Below are positions 34,662 through 47,885 of a DNA stretch of 64,000 bases, one piece after another; the first letter of the stretch is position 1; each line of letters starts with the position of its first letter. The notes beneath the pieces were generated by a model. The model saw nothing but the letters and a program-made list of their open reading frames with translations, was not told the DNA's origin and did not search any database. This stretch comes from Amphiscolops sp. MND2022. Its lineage: Eukaryota. The stretch is from NCBI GenBank assembly GCA_964187785.1, contig OZ076410.1:42904001-42968000 (forward strand), read 5' to 3'. The translations under genes and the position numbers were made by a program.

Positions 34662-37439
34662 AAGCTTGCGTTTCTGCCTTTACAAGTATCGATCTTGCGA
34701 CCCTCCGTCTGAGTCTCCGTCTTTGCAGCCGAAGCCACGGCACCTTTTTCTGCCGAGGAGCACGTGATTCTTTGACTGGCCTCCCCTCCCCCTTCTGAAA
34801 GAAGGAGCGGTCGGGAGCTTAGAAGTAAACTGTAAACAGCTATCCAATGAGGGTGAGGACGAACGGGCTAGAGAATCATCAGCGCAATCAGTCGAATGCG
34901 GCCAAATTCGATAGTTGCTGACGTATTCCGTCAAAAAAGGATGTATTCCGTCAATAGAGGAGCAGATGTTTCAACCAGCAATGGTCAGATGCGAATAGTT
35001 GTGGAGACGAAGACGCCGCAGGCTCTTGGTCAGAAAACAACCGTGGACGAAATTCCATGAATGAGGTATCTGAGACAAGGTCCTGGGCCTCAGGCTCAAA
35101 GTTTTGTTCATCAGGAACGTCTGGTTCATCTGCAGGGTGTGGGTGGGTAGGAATAAGCAACATGACTTCGGATAACTCATCGTCCGTACCAGAGGTTGAG
35201 TAATCGAACTGTTGGTAGTGCAAGCGGGATACGCCTGCACGAAATTTGGTTCCATCCAGTTGTCGTTTGCGCGAAGGCAAAGACCCATTCGAAATTTCTG
35301 GAAGAATTTGTTCAGGTCGATAAGAGGGTTGAGATAGGTCGTCGTCGATTGCTTGGGGGCTCCGGATCCATAACGACCACAACTTCACAAGTGTCGAGTG
35401 CGGTAGTTGCAAACTCGGTAGGTCCATTTTGATATGCGGTTGAAGGCAATCAAATAGTACCTTTTGATCGGTGTCTAAATTGTAGACACGTCCATTCTGT
35501 AACACATGGACAACCCGATGCGAACCACGCCAGGCACGGATCAACTTGAGAAGCCTTTCTGCGAAACATACCTGCACGAAACCCAGAAAAGTTCACCGGT
35601 TAGTATGCCTTGGCCCGCATGGCACGGTCAAACTAAGTTCTTTGCCAAGTCATGAATTTCTTGTTGGCGAGCCAACACATGATCCACGTATGCGTATGCT
35701 TCATGGGTTTCGAAAACCTTTGCGGCAAACTCGAGATAAATGTGGGGGTGAGGGATTGCCTTCTCGGTACTACGTGTCAGCATGTAAGGCGAAAAGCCTG
35801 TGTTGGCATGCCGGGTAAAGTCGTGAGCACCTCATCCAAATACTAAACCCATTCACGCATTCGGCGCGAAGAAAATACACGCAACAGGGCCAGGAGTGTG
35901 TGGTTCTGTCGTTCTACCAGTCTCTGAGTCCGAGGGTGACCAGCGGTCGAAGTGACGTTGGTAATTTGCGAGGCCTTCAGGAATTTGTTGGAGACCTCGG
36001 CGATTATGTTAGGGACGTTGTCAGACTGCAGGCGGGTAGGCGTGCCGTATCGGCAAACCATTGTAGGAGCAATAGAAAGGTATGGATTGCATCATACTCA
36101 TCAGGGCTGCAAGGCACAGCCTCTGTAAACTTGGAGAAGTGATCAATGATCACTAGAATACCAGTGTTGTTACTATCAGAGGGACAATTTTTCATATGGC
36201 CGTAGTGGACCAATTCGTTGTAGTATCCGCTCTGAAGGTTTTTGTTGAGAAGGAACGGAACATCTCCCGGTTTGGCCCGCACTTGTTGACATGTAAGGCA
36301 CTGATTGACGTATTGCCCTACACTGCGGTGAATACCGAGCCACGTATCCCGCTCTTGGATACGCGCCACAACCTTAGTGATGCCTTGGTGTCCCATGGCA
36401 TCATGCGCACGGAACAAAATCTCGTGTTGTATAACTGGGGCATCACGATCATGCTCGGTTGTTCATGAGGAAGACGTTGAAAAGGAGGTATTTCACACGC
36501 AGGGCTCCATTTGAGTTGATTAACAATGAGTCCTTTTTGCTTGAAATAAATGCACGCAAAGGCACGCACTTCGTCATAAAAATCTTGGTCGATGCTTTCA
36601 CGCTTGACCAGCTTTTTCAAATCTTGAAAAAGAATATCGCAATTTTGAGCTAACACTAGGTCCTTGATTCCATGCACCGTGTGGGCTTGTTCGTGCAAGT
36701 CAGTGTTCAGGTCGCGAACGGCCAAGATAGCTTGCTTGACACCGGAAGGTGCGTTCTGTAGTACGGGACCACTGGCGTCGGCCAGCGCTTAGATTACACG
36801 CGAAGCTACGTTGATAGCATGTGTTGGCAGCAGTAAGTATTCGTGATTGGCTTGTGTCACGTCAATCCAGTCTTCAGGATGGTCTTGATGAAAATCTTCG
36901 TGAGCATGTAATACAGGTGGGAAAGGTGTGGACATGGGAGCATGTAAGGCCTCCTTCTGCCGTTCCCTCCTTGTTGTTCGGTGGTTGCGGCAAACAATGC
37001 GCTGCTACACACTAGAAGGAGCAGGCTGTACATGATGCAGATACGCGGGTAAGTTCAGGTGAGTAGGTATCACACGCCATGCACATCAAACCATGGCCCA
37101 ATTGGTAACTGTTCGTTCTCTTCTTGGGACATGAAATTCCAGAGTTCGGCTTTGGGTGGCAGCTTCTTGAGCGGCTGTTACCGCCAACGATAGTCAGGGG
37201 TTCGTTTGGACAACCCAACCGCCCTTATCCGACAATCAATGAGAGCTTGATCGGTGGAGTAAAATTTGAGCCATGAAAGAGCCTAATTGTCCACCCTCAG
37301 CGTGAACTTTCGTGGGTACAAATAGCTGTGGTTCTTGACAATGAATTGGTGGGCAGCATACATCTCAAATTTGGGTGCACCGTACATTGATTGAGTTGCG
37401 GTTAACTTTTTGCTGCCGTAGACAATTGGTCTCAGGTGT

Positions 37440-39300
37440 TGGTCCCCTGTAAACTAACTAGGAAAAATACCTTGCGGGTATTCATAACAGTTGTTACAAA
37501 TCTTGAGCGCGATAACTTTGATTATACTGCCCTATATAGCGCAAAAGTCGATTTTCTTAATTTTGAAAGTCAAAATTGTGTAGAAAAGGGTACCGCCAGT
37601 GGGAATACTGATAAACGCTCCACCAGACCTGGTACGTCAGGACCAATTTATTTTGTTACCCCTAAACTGTAAAAATAACGAAAAACAAAATTTTTGTTGA
37701 AAAAAACATCAAATTTGGCTTGAAAGACTAATTTTGGTGAAGGCCAAGCCTGAGGCGTTTGTTTCCAAGTTTCTTCAGCAGCCTAAAAACCCTATTCCTG
37801 AGCCTGGTAGTACAAAACACTACTGCCAGACATTTTTAAGCCTTCCCCAATATGAATTGAAGCAATAACCCTTGATTTTCTTTTGTATACATAGACCTGA
37901 GTAGAGGACCCAAAGACCTGAGAGATATAACATCAAAAGTAGTTATTGAAAACACCCCAGTCCCTGAAATATGTTGGTACACTTTCTTACACTACTGTTA
38001 AAACCATTCGAAACCCTTAGAACAGAAAAACAAAAAGTCTCCAATGTGGTAATCAGCACCAGTGCATTTGATCTAGAGTTTGTTGTTTGCCAAATCTCTC
38101 CTAGTAGGAGTAGCTCAAAACTGATTGCACCATCGTGCAGACCGCAACACGTGGTGTATTTTGGTAGCGCTAGCAAAACTAGTGATCGAGAAATACTTGC
38201 CGCAGTTTTGCTCAAAAATTGTACGAAAGAGTCGAAAAAAAAATCGAATTTTAGTTGACCATAGTGCGATACCTTGTAGGTATCTCAGCACTAGAAGTCT
38301 TGCATTTTGGAACGTCCGGCACTAGATCCCAACGCTTTGTGAATTTTGAGCAGCTTGCTACTGCCCAACGTAGGGAAAATGCTTTTTTTTGTGAATTTAG
38401 GCCCGAGAAAGTGATATCAAAGGTACATCATAGTCTGTTCAACTCTGATTGCTCGTAGACCGGGCACCCCGTCAACTTGTTTTTCTGCTGCGTTGGCATA
38501 TTTCACGCTATCATACAAAAATTCAGGTAGCTAGGACGTTTAGAAGGCGAGTTAGACGAATTTTTGTGAATTTCACAACATAGTCGATTTTTCTAACATC
38601 ATTGTTGAGCCGCCGTAAATAATGTGCAGTCAATTCCAGCGCAATCGGTAGTACTTTTCCCACCATCGGTAGTAACATATCAGGTAACTAGTAGCTGTAC
38701 AAATGATTTTCACTTTTTCCAGACGTGCACATTGACAAAAATCTTGTTGATTCTGTCAAAGTTTACAAAAAGTCACACAGTTTTTGTAAATGTAATCGCA
38801 AGTGAGGCCCCAAACGACCCAATTATTACAGCAGTCAGCCTAATCACGCCCCGTTGAAGCCCTTTTAGTAGAACTAAATCAACCTTAACATCTTGGGTCA
38901 GATAGAAAACTGTTTTCGAGACGTATAGTGAAAACGTGAAATAGTGTTTTTCTTCTCGGCAGCTGTCAAAGTCGTTCAAGTGCCAACATTTAGTTGTGTT
39001 CACGCATAATCCAACCAAGGAGTGCCGTGCAAGAGCCAACATGCGTTTAAGTGCACTTTTGGAGGTCTAGACTTGATACGCAGTGTCTCGAAACAAACCA
39101 TCGAGTACATTAGTATCTCTATGTGCAGAAAACTGTGTTCCCCTTGATCGTAATACGATCAGAATTGTAACAATTTCTCAGCAGCAAGCGTCCTAGTATC
39201 TACTCATCCCCAGGGTCTATCACCAGTGTCCCCTTTCGTCAGTAACCCCACTTGTGCCCTCTAACCAAAGGGCAATGCGAGTAACGTAAAACACATTTAA
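37440..39300. other. Decayed repeat-derived non-coding sequence, weakly similar to the leader of element D
   Basis: Patchy similarity between the reverse complement of about 38760-38860 and about 56285-56400; no recognisable protein motifs. Confidence 0.3.
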
Positions 39301-39835
39301 TGCGCAAGCGTAGTGATCACATAACTGATCGCCGTCAAACTTGTTAAAAGCGCCATACCCTTTCTGTTAGCTCCACTCGCATAGCCTGTCGCTAGACAAG
39401 ACGAAGATTAGCTCTGCTGGTAGTCTTCGTTAGTAGCCTCTAGTTAGTAGCCTTTAGATATACTTCAAAAAAACCTCTTAGCATAACCATCTTCAATTAG
39501 TTGAGAAGCAGCCTTTTCGATTCGATTAGTGGTATCCAGCACCAGTGCACCTGATGTAGAGTTTTTAGTCTGCGAGCCAACTATTTTCGAGCCAGAACTT
39601 TGCAAAATCGAGTAGGCAATTACGAGCTGCAAGCTCCAGAACGTAGTGGTACTGTAGTTTAGTCTGAATAGTAGAGGGATTTTTTCTAAAATTTCCCATC
39701 CTATTTGTCTTTGGTTCAAGTTTTCACACGGAAAGGAGCAGGTAAACCATCAAACAGGCAAGCCAGTCAAAAACCAAAGTTCACCCAAAGAAAACGCACC
39801 CAAAATCCAGGAAACGCCTACCAGCACTCACCGCC

Positions 39836-42800
39836 ATGAGTCTGAGTGAGGCATACGGCGAAACCAGTGGCTTCAGTGCCACCAATCCACTTATAAACGA
39901 AGTAGAGCCAAACTCCGAACGGAGCGCGCAATTTCAAAACTACACAGCAGCTGTAATATAGAACGTGTCATTAGAAATGATGTCTGACTACATGTCGAAC
40001 ACAGAGCAAAGTGCAGAAATAGCTTCAGGGAGCCAACCTTACTCATCGCGAGCTTCCCCTGATAGCGCTGACCCGGCAAATGGCACCGAAGCTACGCCAC
40101 AAAGTAACGCCTGGCCTCCGCTGGAGATGACCGACTTCGGCCTGAGCAATTGGCCAAACTCAAACAACAGGCTAAGGGATGCATCAAGCACCGCCTGGGA
40201 GATCTTGCCGAAAACCACCGCCAAGGTAACACCTGAGAAGGCAATCGAGACTTCTAGCAACCAGAAGCACGCTCAGTGTTCCCAAACATTGACAAACAGT
40301 GAAGACCGGAACCTGTTACTACGCGAATATACCCCTCGCAAGGCACCGCCTACACCTTCGAGTAGAGCAACAGATCAGCAAAAGACTCCCACAGAAAACA
40401 ATCAATTGCGCTTCCTGCTCTGAACGCCCCCGGCGGTAAGCACGACGATCCGCTGAGACAGCATGGAACAATCAGATTGCATCCCGGGGTCCAGAGAGGG
40501 CACTACCACGATTCCTGACTCCACCATCTTAAGAGGTATAAAAGAATCCAAAGCCATATGGGAAGACTTTAGAAACAGTTTGGCCCAACTAACGTAGGTG
40601 CAGTCGCGGTTAGCGCGAGAGAATAACGAGCACGCCATGCGGGCAGACGTATACAAGAGAGACATGGAGGAGATGAGAAAAGGACTCCTGGAGTTACAGG
40701 TCGAAGGACGCAGAAGCCAGGAAGAGCTAGAAGCGTCAATGGCTTCTATCAACGACTTAATCAAGCAACGGCAGAACTTTTCGACACGCGCATGTCCAAA
40801 TATCAGCAATCATGAAAGAAAGGACCGCCAGGTTGACGAACGCCTGAAGTTAATCTCCGACATGATGCAGCGCCGAGACTCCAAAGCTTACAATCGTATG
40901 ATAGATCCGATGACGACGATGCAGGCTTTAACACTGGGGGTAAAAGCAATAGTGTTACAAACAGCAGCTGCGCCAGCCCTTCCGGCATCAGCGCCCCTGG
41001 CGCTCAATTTGGCGAACATACCCTCTACCAGTGCCGTTCCCCACCAATACAAGTCACGTACAGAAAAATAGCGCAACCTAGTGAGGAGCAGGCGAAGCCG
41101 CCCAAATTGATACCGCCCGCGACGTACAAGAGATATTCGTCGGAGGCGAGCAAAATGGCGAGAGTGATGCACGCAGATTCGCGAGATGATGGGACAGACC
41201 CCATGCCCGACGTCTCCTGATTCGACCTTTTTGCCCGCAGTTCATCCAATATCGGAGATTACTACTCAGCGACGAGCGGTATGACTACGCAGAAATCAGA
41301 TTACCAGACGCCGTTTACCAGTGCGATCCCTAATCCAGCAAGGCAGACCTTCAGGGACATCAACCCAAGGCCTGTGGCTACCAGCACGCAGCGGAAACTG
41401 AAACTTAATGCAAAAAGGAACTTAGATATAGATTAAGGTGAAACAGAAGATGCACTAGAAGTGAAGGACGAAAACCCAGGCACGCGCAGGACTAAACAAC
41501 GACAAGCACTAGCCGAAGCAATCTCGACGGCCATGTCCAAGGGTTTGGAGCCACTGCTAGCGGCCAACGAAACAAAAGAATAAACCCACGAAGTATCAAG
41601 GTGCGAGAGGTGGAAATGCCGATGGGTGGATCATGTTGATGAAACGCCACCTGGAAAAGGTGCATGCCAAGAAAACTCCGCTCGACAAGGCATGGACAAA
41701 ATTCGAGTTTATGGAACATGAAGCGAGAGACTACATTACCAACAAATCCGAGGCGGAAAGAGATACCCATGAAAAAGTCTTCGGGCTGCTGCTAGCGCGA
41801 GGTTTCGGAACAGGATCCAGCAAGATCCACATACAACAGCAATTTCGAACCCGCAACAAACACAAAGAGGAGGACTAAATGCAGTATATCGATGGCCTCG
41901 TGGGCTTACGTAGTCAAGGCTATCCAAATGACGAGGTGACTATTAGGCGATATGAGATCATGCAGCGCTTGATAGACGGAGTGCGCAACTTCGAGCAGAA
42001 ACGAAACCTTGCGCTCATGTATGCGCCAGAACAGTACGTGGAGTTCAGCTTCGCTTCACCGTCAGCAATTCCTACGCATGCGCGACTTCTCCGGCTCAGA
42101 CAATTACCCGATAGCAGCTCAACAGCAACAACAGCCAGCACAAGCCAACCAGCAGAACCAAGATCTACTAGCCCCTCCTCCAGCGCCGAACATGCCACAA
42201 CCGAGCCAACAGCCAGCAAAATATCGAAAACAGCCCTAGCGAGAGTGTTCCAATTGCGGTGACCCCTCGCATTTCGTGAGAGATTGCCCCCTGAAAGACC
42301 AAACACGCAGAACCAAACCACAACAAGTCAATTCGTGTCACACAAACTCATCCGACCCATGGACCTGCCCATCGAACCCACATGGAACGAACCACGAAGT
42401 GTACCCAGCAACGCTGCCAGTACAGGGACCGCAGCGTTCAGCATCAATTGCGGACGGACGGGACGTTCGGCATCCGAGTGTATAGCGCCCGAAACCACGA
42501 GACAAGAAGAGCAAGTGAGAGCAGCGTGGTCGGTCCACATGTGGAAAACATGGAAACCGACGATCATATAGGAGTGATCTCGGTGGAGGAGGCTGGGGTA
42601 CCTTATGCACCCGATGCTACCAGCAGAAGAACAACACCGCCCAGGCCTTACCTTGGCCCAACTAAAAGAAGAATTGTGGAGAAGCACGAAGTACAAGGTG
42701 GCTTCCAGACCTCTCCCCCGCTTCATGAAAAAGGATTAGACAAAACTGGCGCCCGTGCAAAAGGTCAAGACAACCGGTCCCAGTCCAGTAGCTATTAACG
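39836..42800 (+). pseudogene. gag: Gypsy C gag (coiled coil, capsid-like region, CCHC knuckle)
   Basis: ATG at 39836; coiled coil LARENNEHAMRADVYKRDMEEMRKGL; MKRHLEKVHAK..DKAWTKFEFMEHEARDYITNKSEAERDT; CSNCGDPSHFVRDC at 42246-42287. Confidence 0.85.
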
Positions 42801-42862
42801 TCGACGGTGTCGATATGAAATTCGACGCAATAGTAGTGCTGGAATAACATTTCCCGCATTGA

Positions 42863-45800
42863 TTGTACTTTAACCAACAAGAACTGAAGTGCTACAACAT
42901 CGGCGTACAGAATGGCACGGGGGAAGCTTCTGAAGATGAAAGGACCTCGCTGGTGGTTGCCTTTGGCAACCCCCTTCAAGAGCCAATCCCATTGTTTGGG
43001 ATGGTCGACACAAGAACAGGCGTGTTGATACTATCACTGAGCGCCTATCAGAAAATAGCCAATCCACCTGCGCTAGGGATCCAACCTTATATAGGCCAAC
43101 TGTACGCTGCCAACTGGAAAAACATCAATACCATTGGCCTTGCGGAGGAGGTCTGCTTCAGGCTTGGAGGACACACGCTAAAAACCATTTTCATAGTCAA
43201 AGCAGAAAACATCGGCGCGAGGACTTTCTACTCGGACGAAACTTTCTACGCACGTACATTGTGCTGGTTGACCTCACGACCAAGCGATTAACCATCCGAG
43301 ACCCCTAATCGCCTAAAATCTTCAGGGCAGTTCACGAGGTTAGTGAAAAAGAGTCATCGTTTGTCGTTGCCGCCGAGGAAACCATTTTAGGGCCATTCGG
43401 GCGGAAAATAGTGCATGCTAAGATCATAACTCAGCAGCCAAACGAGTTTTGTTTTCGCAATGAAATGGCATACCCCTGGAACCACAAGTCCATTTCATTT
43501 TTAGTCTCAGAAGGTACAGTATTTTCCGTGGGAGAGGACGGTGTAGTTTTCTTAGCCCTGAAAAACTAAACTGCGAATAAAAGGGTGAGAATAAAGGGAC
43601 AGACTGTCATTGGAAAAGCAGTGCTCACCTGTTTTGTGTTAAATTAGCTCCCTAGCAAAGAAAAAAACAAAGCTTGAAGCTTCCAGTTGAGATCGTAAAT
43701 CGAGTGAACTTTTTATCTTCAACTGACTTGTCAGAGGTACGTTTGTCGAAAAATGAGAATAAACAAGACTGGGAACGTCTAAAGTCGGCACTATATCTAA
43801 GGCTCAAAGAGGGCAAAAGACATTTAAAGAAAAACTTGAAATTATTGAATTTTTTTTCTTTCAGAAAATGTCGCATAGTGCCGGAAAATGTAAAAAGGGG
43901 GGTCTTTTGTGCTTTATTAACATATATTCTGTTACAAAATATCAAAAAACTTGAAAGGGGGACTCTTTTGATACATTAAAAAATTTTTGAAAAAAAGTCG
44001 CACAATGCCGAAAAAAATCGAAAGGAGGGACCTTTTAGTCTCGTCCTGTTTTCTAGTTTCTGGTAAAATAGTAAAAAATGAAAGAGGGACCTTTTGCACT
44101 TCTTTCCGCTGACCGGACTTGGCCTTATGGTAGTAATTTTAGTAGTGTCGATTGTAAGGAAAGTGGCCCAATCAGAGTGAGATTGTAGTCTGACGAAAAA
44201 AAAAGAAAGAAAACTAGCCACTGTAAGTGTCGGGCACTTTTCTAATGAAAAAGACATATCCACAATTGCTGAAAACAATTGCCGGCCCTTACCTCTCTTC
44301 CGTCCTTTCTTCTTGGGGGAAGGGGAGAGAGATAAGTTGCAAGATATCTTAAATTAGTAGAAGGACCTTTTCATGAAAACCAAAGCCAATATAGGTCGCT
44401 GCAGATTAGCGAAACATCGAATTGAGTTTGAACCAGAGGCGGTGCCTCACCGAGAAGGAGCCAGGCGCATGACCCCGGACAAAGAGGCTAAAGCTAGCCA
44501 GGAGGTGCAAATTTTCCTTGCCCTGGGACTGATCCAACCCTCCTACTCGCCATGGGCCAGCACCATAGTCATGGTAAACGAAGAAGACTGGCGAACTTCG
44601 CTTCTGTTGTGACTTCAGGCCGCTGAACGGTGATGGGACTGTGAAGGATGCATTTCTCTTCCCTAGATTTGATGAGAGCCTCTCTCGGATTGAAAATGCT
44701 AATATCTTCACCTGCATCGACCTGGCATGGGCCTTCTGGCAAATCCCCCTTACGAAACGCGACCGACAAAAGACAGTGTTTGCCTGTGAACTAGGCCTCT
44801 TCGAATGGCGGCGCATGCCCTTTGGGCTCTGCAATGCCTCAACAACGTTTCAACGCTCCATCGCCAGAGCCCTACCAAGAATCCAGCAGCAACACCGGAG
44901 TGTCGTCATGGCATTAATCGATGACATCGTTGTTGCAACAGAGACAATCGAGGATCACAGAGACAAAGTGAGGATAAAAGAAGTATTCAAATGACACCGA
45001 GAGGCAGGTTTCAAGATGCGAGAGGAAAAGTGCGATTCATGCGCAGAAAACTAAGTACCTCGGAAGAGTAGTCTCCGCAGAAGGAATAAAGTCAGTCCCT
45101 GAGGCAGTGGCCAAAATACAAGAATGGATGCCTCCTCGAAACACAGAAGAGCTCCAAAGTTTCCTGGGGTTCGCAAATTACTATCGCGACTTCATTCTTT
45201 TCCACGCAACCCAAGCAGGAGCAATCAGCAATTCTACTGGAACGAAAAACACCCGACGGCTTTTGATCTCAGAAAAACAAGCATAATTTGAAGCCACCGC
45301 TTTCGGACACCACAGAAAGGGTAATTCTTGTTAGATACGGATGCCAGGGCAGTAGCAATAGCCGGATCCCACATCAGGAACAAGAACACAATGGGAAGAC
45401 CATCATACGTCTCATCAGTTACGGCAGCAAGACACTGACTCAAACACAACTGAACAATGACGCCCCGAAACTAGAATTGTTTGCCGTAATATACTTCATC
45501 GAAAAACTTCATTTCTACCTCGCAGGTCGAGAATTCACGGTACGCGTGGATTGTCAAGCACTCTCGTGGCTGAAAACAAAATCAATGGATCAAGTCATGA
45601 TTGGACGCTGGATTTCACGCCTCGACCAGTACCACTTCACAACTGTCCCGACTCCGCAATCAACACAGAAATGCGGATGGACTCAGCAAATGGACCAACG
45701 ACTACGTCCATTGTAATAAAATCCTCGAAAACCTGCCAGAAATAAGCAAAGGATTCAGCTTCATGTCTCAGCAAGACTATGAGAACCTTCCCACCGTACC

Positions 45801-47500
45801 ATACATGGATAAGCACGGACGAGCTATACCAATTCACCCAGAACTTCTTGCGGAAGTCAGAGCTCAGCTCCCGGTGCTATACCCATGCAGGAAAAACCAA
45901 AGCAAGAACCGATTGAAAACCAGAGCTATGACCACATACCATGGTATCCATAAATGCAGTGGGAATCAACGCCAGCAACTTTCGAAGATGAAAGGTCTAA
46001 CTCCTTCCTTAGTGTAATTACCAAGGTGCCGCCGGCATAAATGGACTCGGTCGAGCGTGACCCCCGCACTAAGAAGATTACCTGCACCATGCCATGCCAG
46101 CAACAAGCTGACGTTCTCGGATTGATAAAAACGGAACATCAAAAGCACCAATCGACTCAGCGTGGCCTGAGAGACATACGGATGGCTCAAAACGGCGTTG
46201 TCTATCTCCTAGCATTGAAGAAATTAATGAATCACAAACCATTGGATGACGGAGTCTTTCCCAAGAATGTGCAGGAGTTCGCAAAGCGGTACTATCACCA
46301 GAAGAAAGACTTGCTGTTCCTGAACCCCAATGATATTTTGTGTGTCCAATACACTCCGCAGCAGCACGCAATGCACGTACGACTGTGCATGATTGCCATG
46401 CCTCAACTTTATCAGCATGGCATGAAATCTGGTACAGGACACACGATGAGTCAGGACACCGGGTGTGCGTAAAGTACTGGATACGTAAAGTAAGGATTCA
46501 AGAACGCCACACCTGGGCAGGTATCAAGCGATGTAGTCAACCACGTCAAGCATTGCTTGACATTCCAGCAAACGAAACATCCCGCTGGGAACCCCTGCTA
46601 TCCTTTGCAGAACATCAACAGTAACAACTTCACCGACCTAGTCCAATTTGACCACCTGAAGCTTTGCAAACCGAAATTGGAAGTACAATATTGCTAGTTA
46701 TCATTAATCACTTCACCAAATTTGCGCTATTCCTTGCGCCCACGACGAATTCTCACTAAGTGGCTTGCTCGGCATGGCACGCCAGCAAGGATCCAATCCG
46801 ATATTGTAACCAACTTCACTGGAGAAATAGCCCAAGAACTAATGAAGGCCTTCCAAGTCACCAAGATAACCTCCACCCCAGCTCATCCACGAGGCAATGG
46901 CTTGGTGGAAAGACAAACCAGGACTCTACTCACCCTGCTTTGAGATATACACATCCCGCAGGATGCAGGACTGGGATGGGCACATAGAGGGAGTACTGGG
47001 AGCCAACAATTCTACCCGCCCTGCCACCACCGGATTCTCTCCAAACATGCTTCGGCATGGGGCTAAAATTTCACTCCCACTTTCGTTTATATACGCGGAT
47101 TTCGCTGCGCGAGGCTTCGACTCAAAGCAAGAATTTGTGGAACACTTGCTAGTCCGATAGCAAGCATCGTTCCAGTTGAACCCCACTCAAATTATCCCCC
47201 CCAACAATCCAGACTCGTACGCAAACGGCTCTCGAGCAAGGAATACCTCGCAGGAGGTTCAGTCATTTTGGATACCCCTCCCACTCGGAGTCAGATCGGG
47301 AAATGAACGAACAACCAAATACAGATCCCGCCCAGCAAGTATTATTCCCCGAATTGGTCGACCTGGAGCCGCTGTCGTCAGCCAGAGGCACCAACAAGGA
47401 GCCTATTACTATCACCAACGGGAACATCAGCTCCGCTGCTATCGGACCTATCCCTGACTGATACTCGGATTATCTTCCCACTATTCAGTTCCCAAGCTGT
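42863..47500 (+). pseudogene. pol: Gypsy C pol (protease, RT, RNase H, integrase), interrupted at about 43640-44245
   Basis: GMVDTRTG (decayed DTG at 43007-43015); SPWASTIVMV; DLAWAFWQIPL; MPFGLCNASTTFQR; LIDD at 44914-44925; LISYGSKTLT..ELFAVIYFI..FTVRVD; HDESGH; RIQSD; HPRGNGLVERQTRTL. Confidence 0.93.
43640..44245 (-). mobile_element. AT-rich DNA-transposon-like insertion within Gypsy C pol
   Basis: Inverted homology to about 9590-10280. Gypsy coding stops at GKAVLTCFV (about 43640) and resumes at KKTYPQLLKTIAGPYLSSVLSSWGEG (about 44248). Confidence 0.8.
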
Positions 47501-47885
47501 AAGCTCAATAGATCCAGACCCCTGTCTAGAAAACGAGCCTCAACAATACAACGACAGAGAAGGCAGAGCCAGAACCCAAACCCGGCACAAGCTCTGGCAC
47601 CACGCAGTACTTCGAACAGGAGAAATCGACCGACAGGCAGACCTCCAGGTCGTAAGAGGAGAAATAGCACATCTCAAGGAGAACCACCGTGTCCTCAAGA
47701 GGGCCAACCACCCAGTCAAAAAGAGGCCTAACAACGAGGGCAAGGGCAAGAGCTCCGTCTTGAACTCGGGAACGAGCCATGGCCTAACCCGGTATCCCGG
47801 AGAGACCTTCACCAAACCAACAAGATGCCGAACAGGCCACTTTGTCGCAAGCGCCCCGCAATCGGTTGATAACAAATAGGCCACA

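Larger units (their letters stand above)
29900..37435 (-). mobile_element. Gypsy LTR retrotransposon B, 5'-truncated (RNase H, integrase, long 3' extension)
   Basis: RNase H LRPIVYGSKKLTATQSMYGAPKFEM...FTLRVDN at about 37210-37435. Integrase HDAMGHQG...CLTCQQ, RLQSDN, HPRTQRLVERQN and IRAWRGSHRVVHVLQNGRVY at about 35440-36470. Lower boundary approximate; no LTR identified. Confidence 0.9.
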
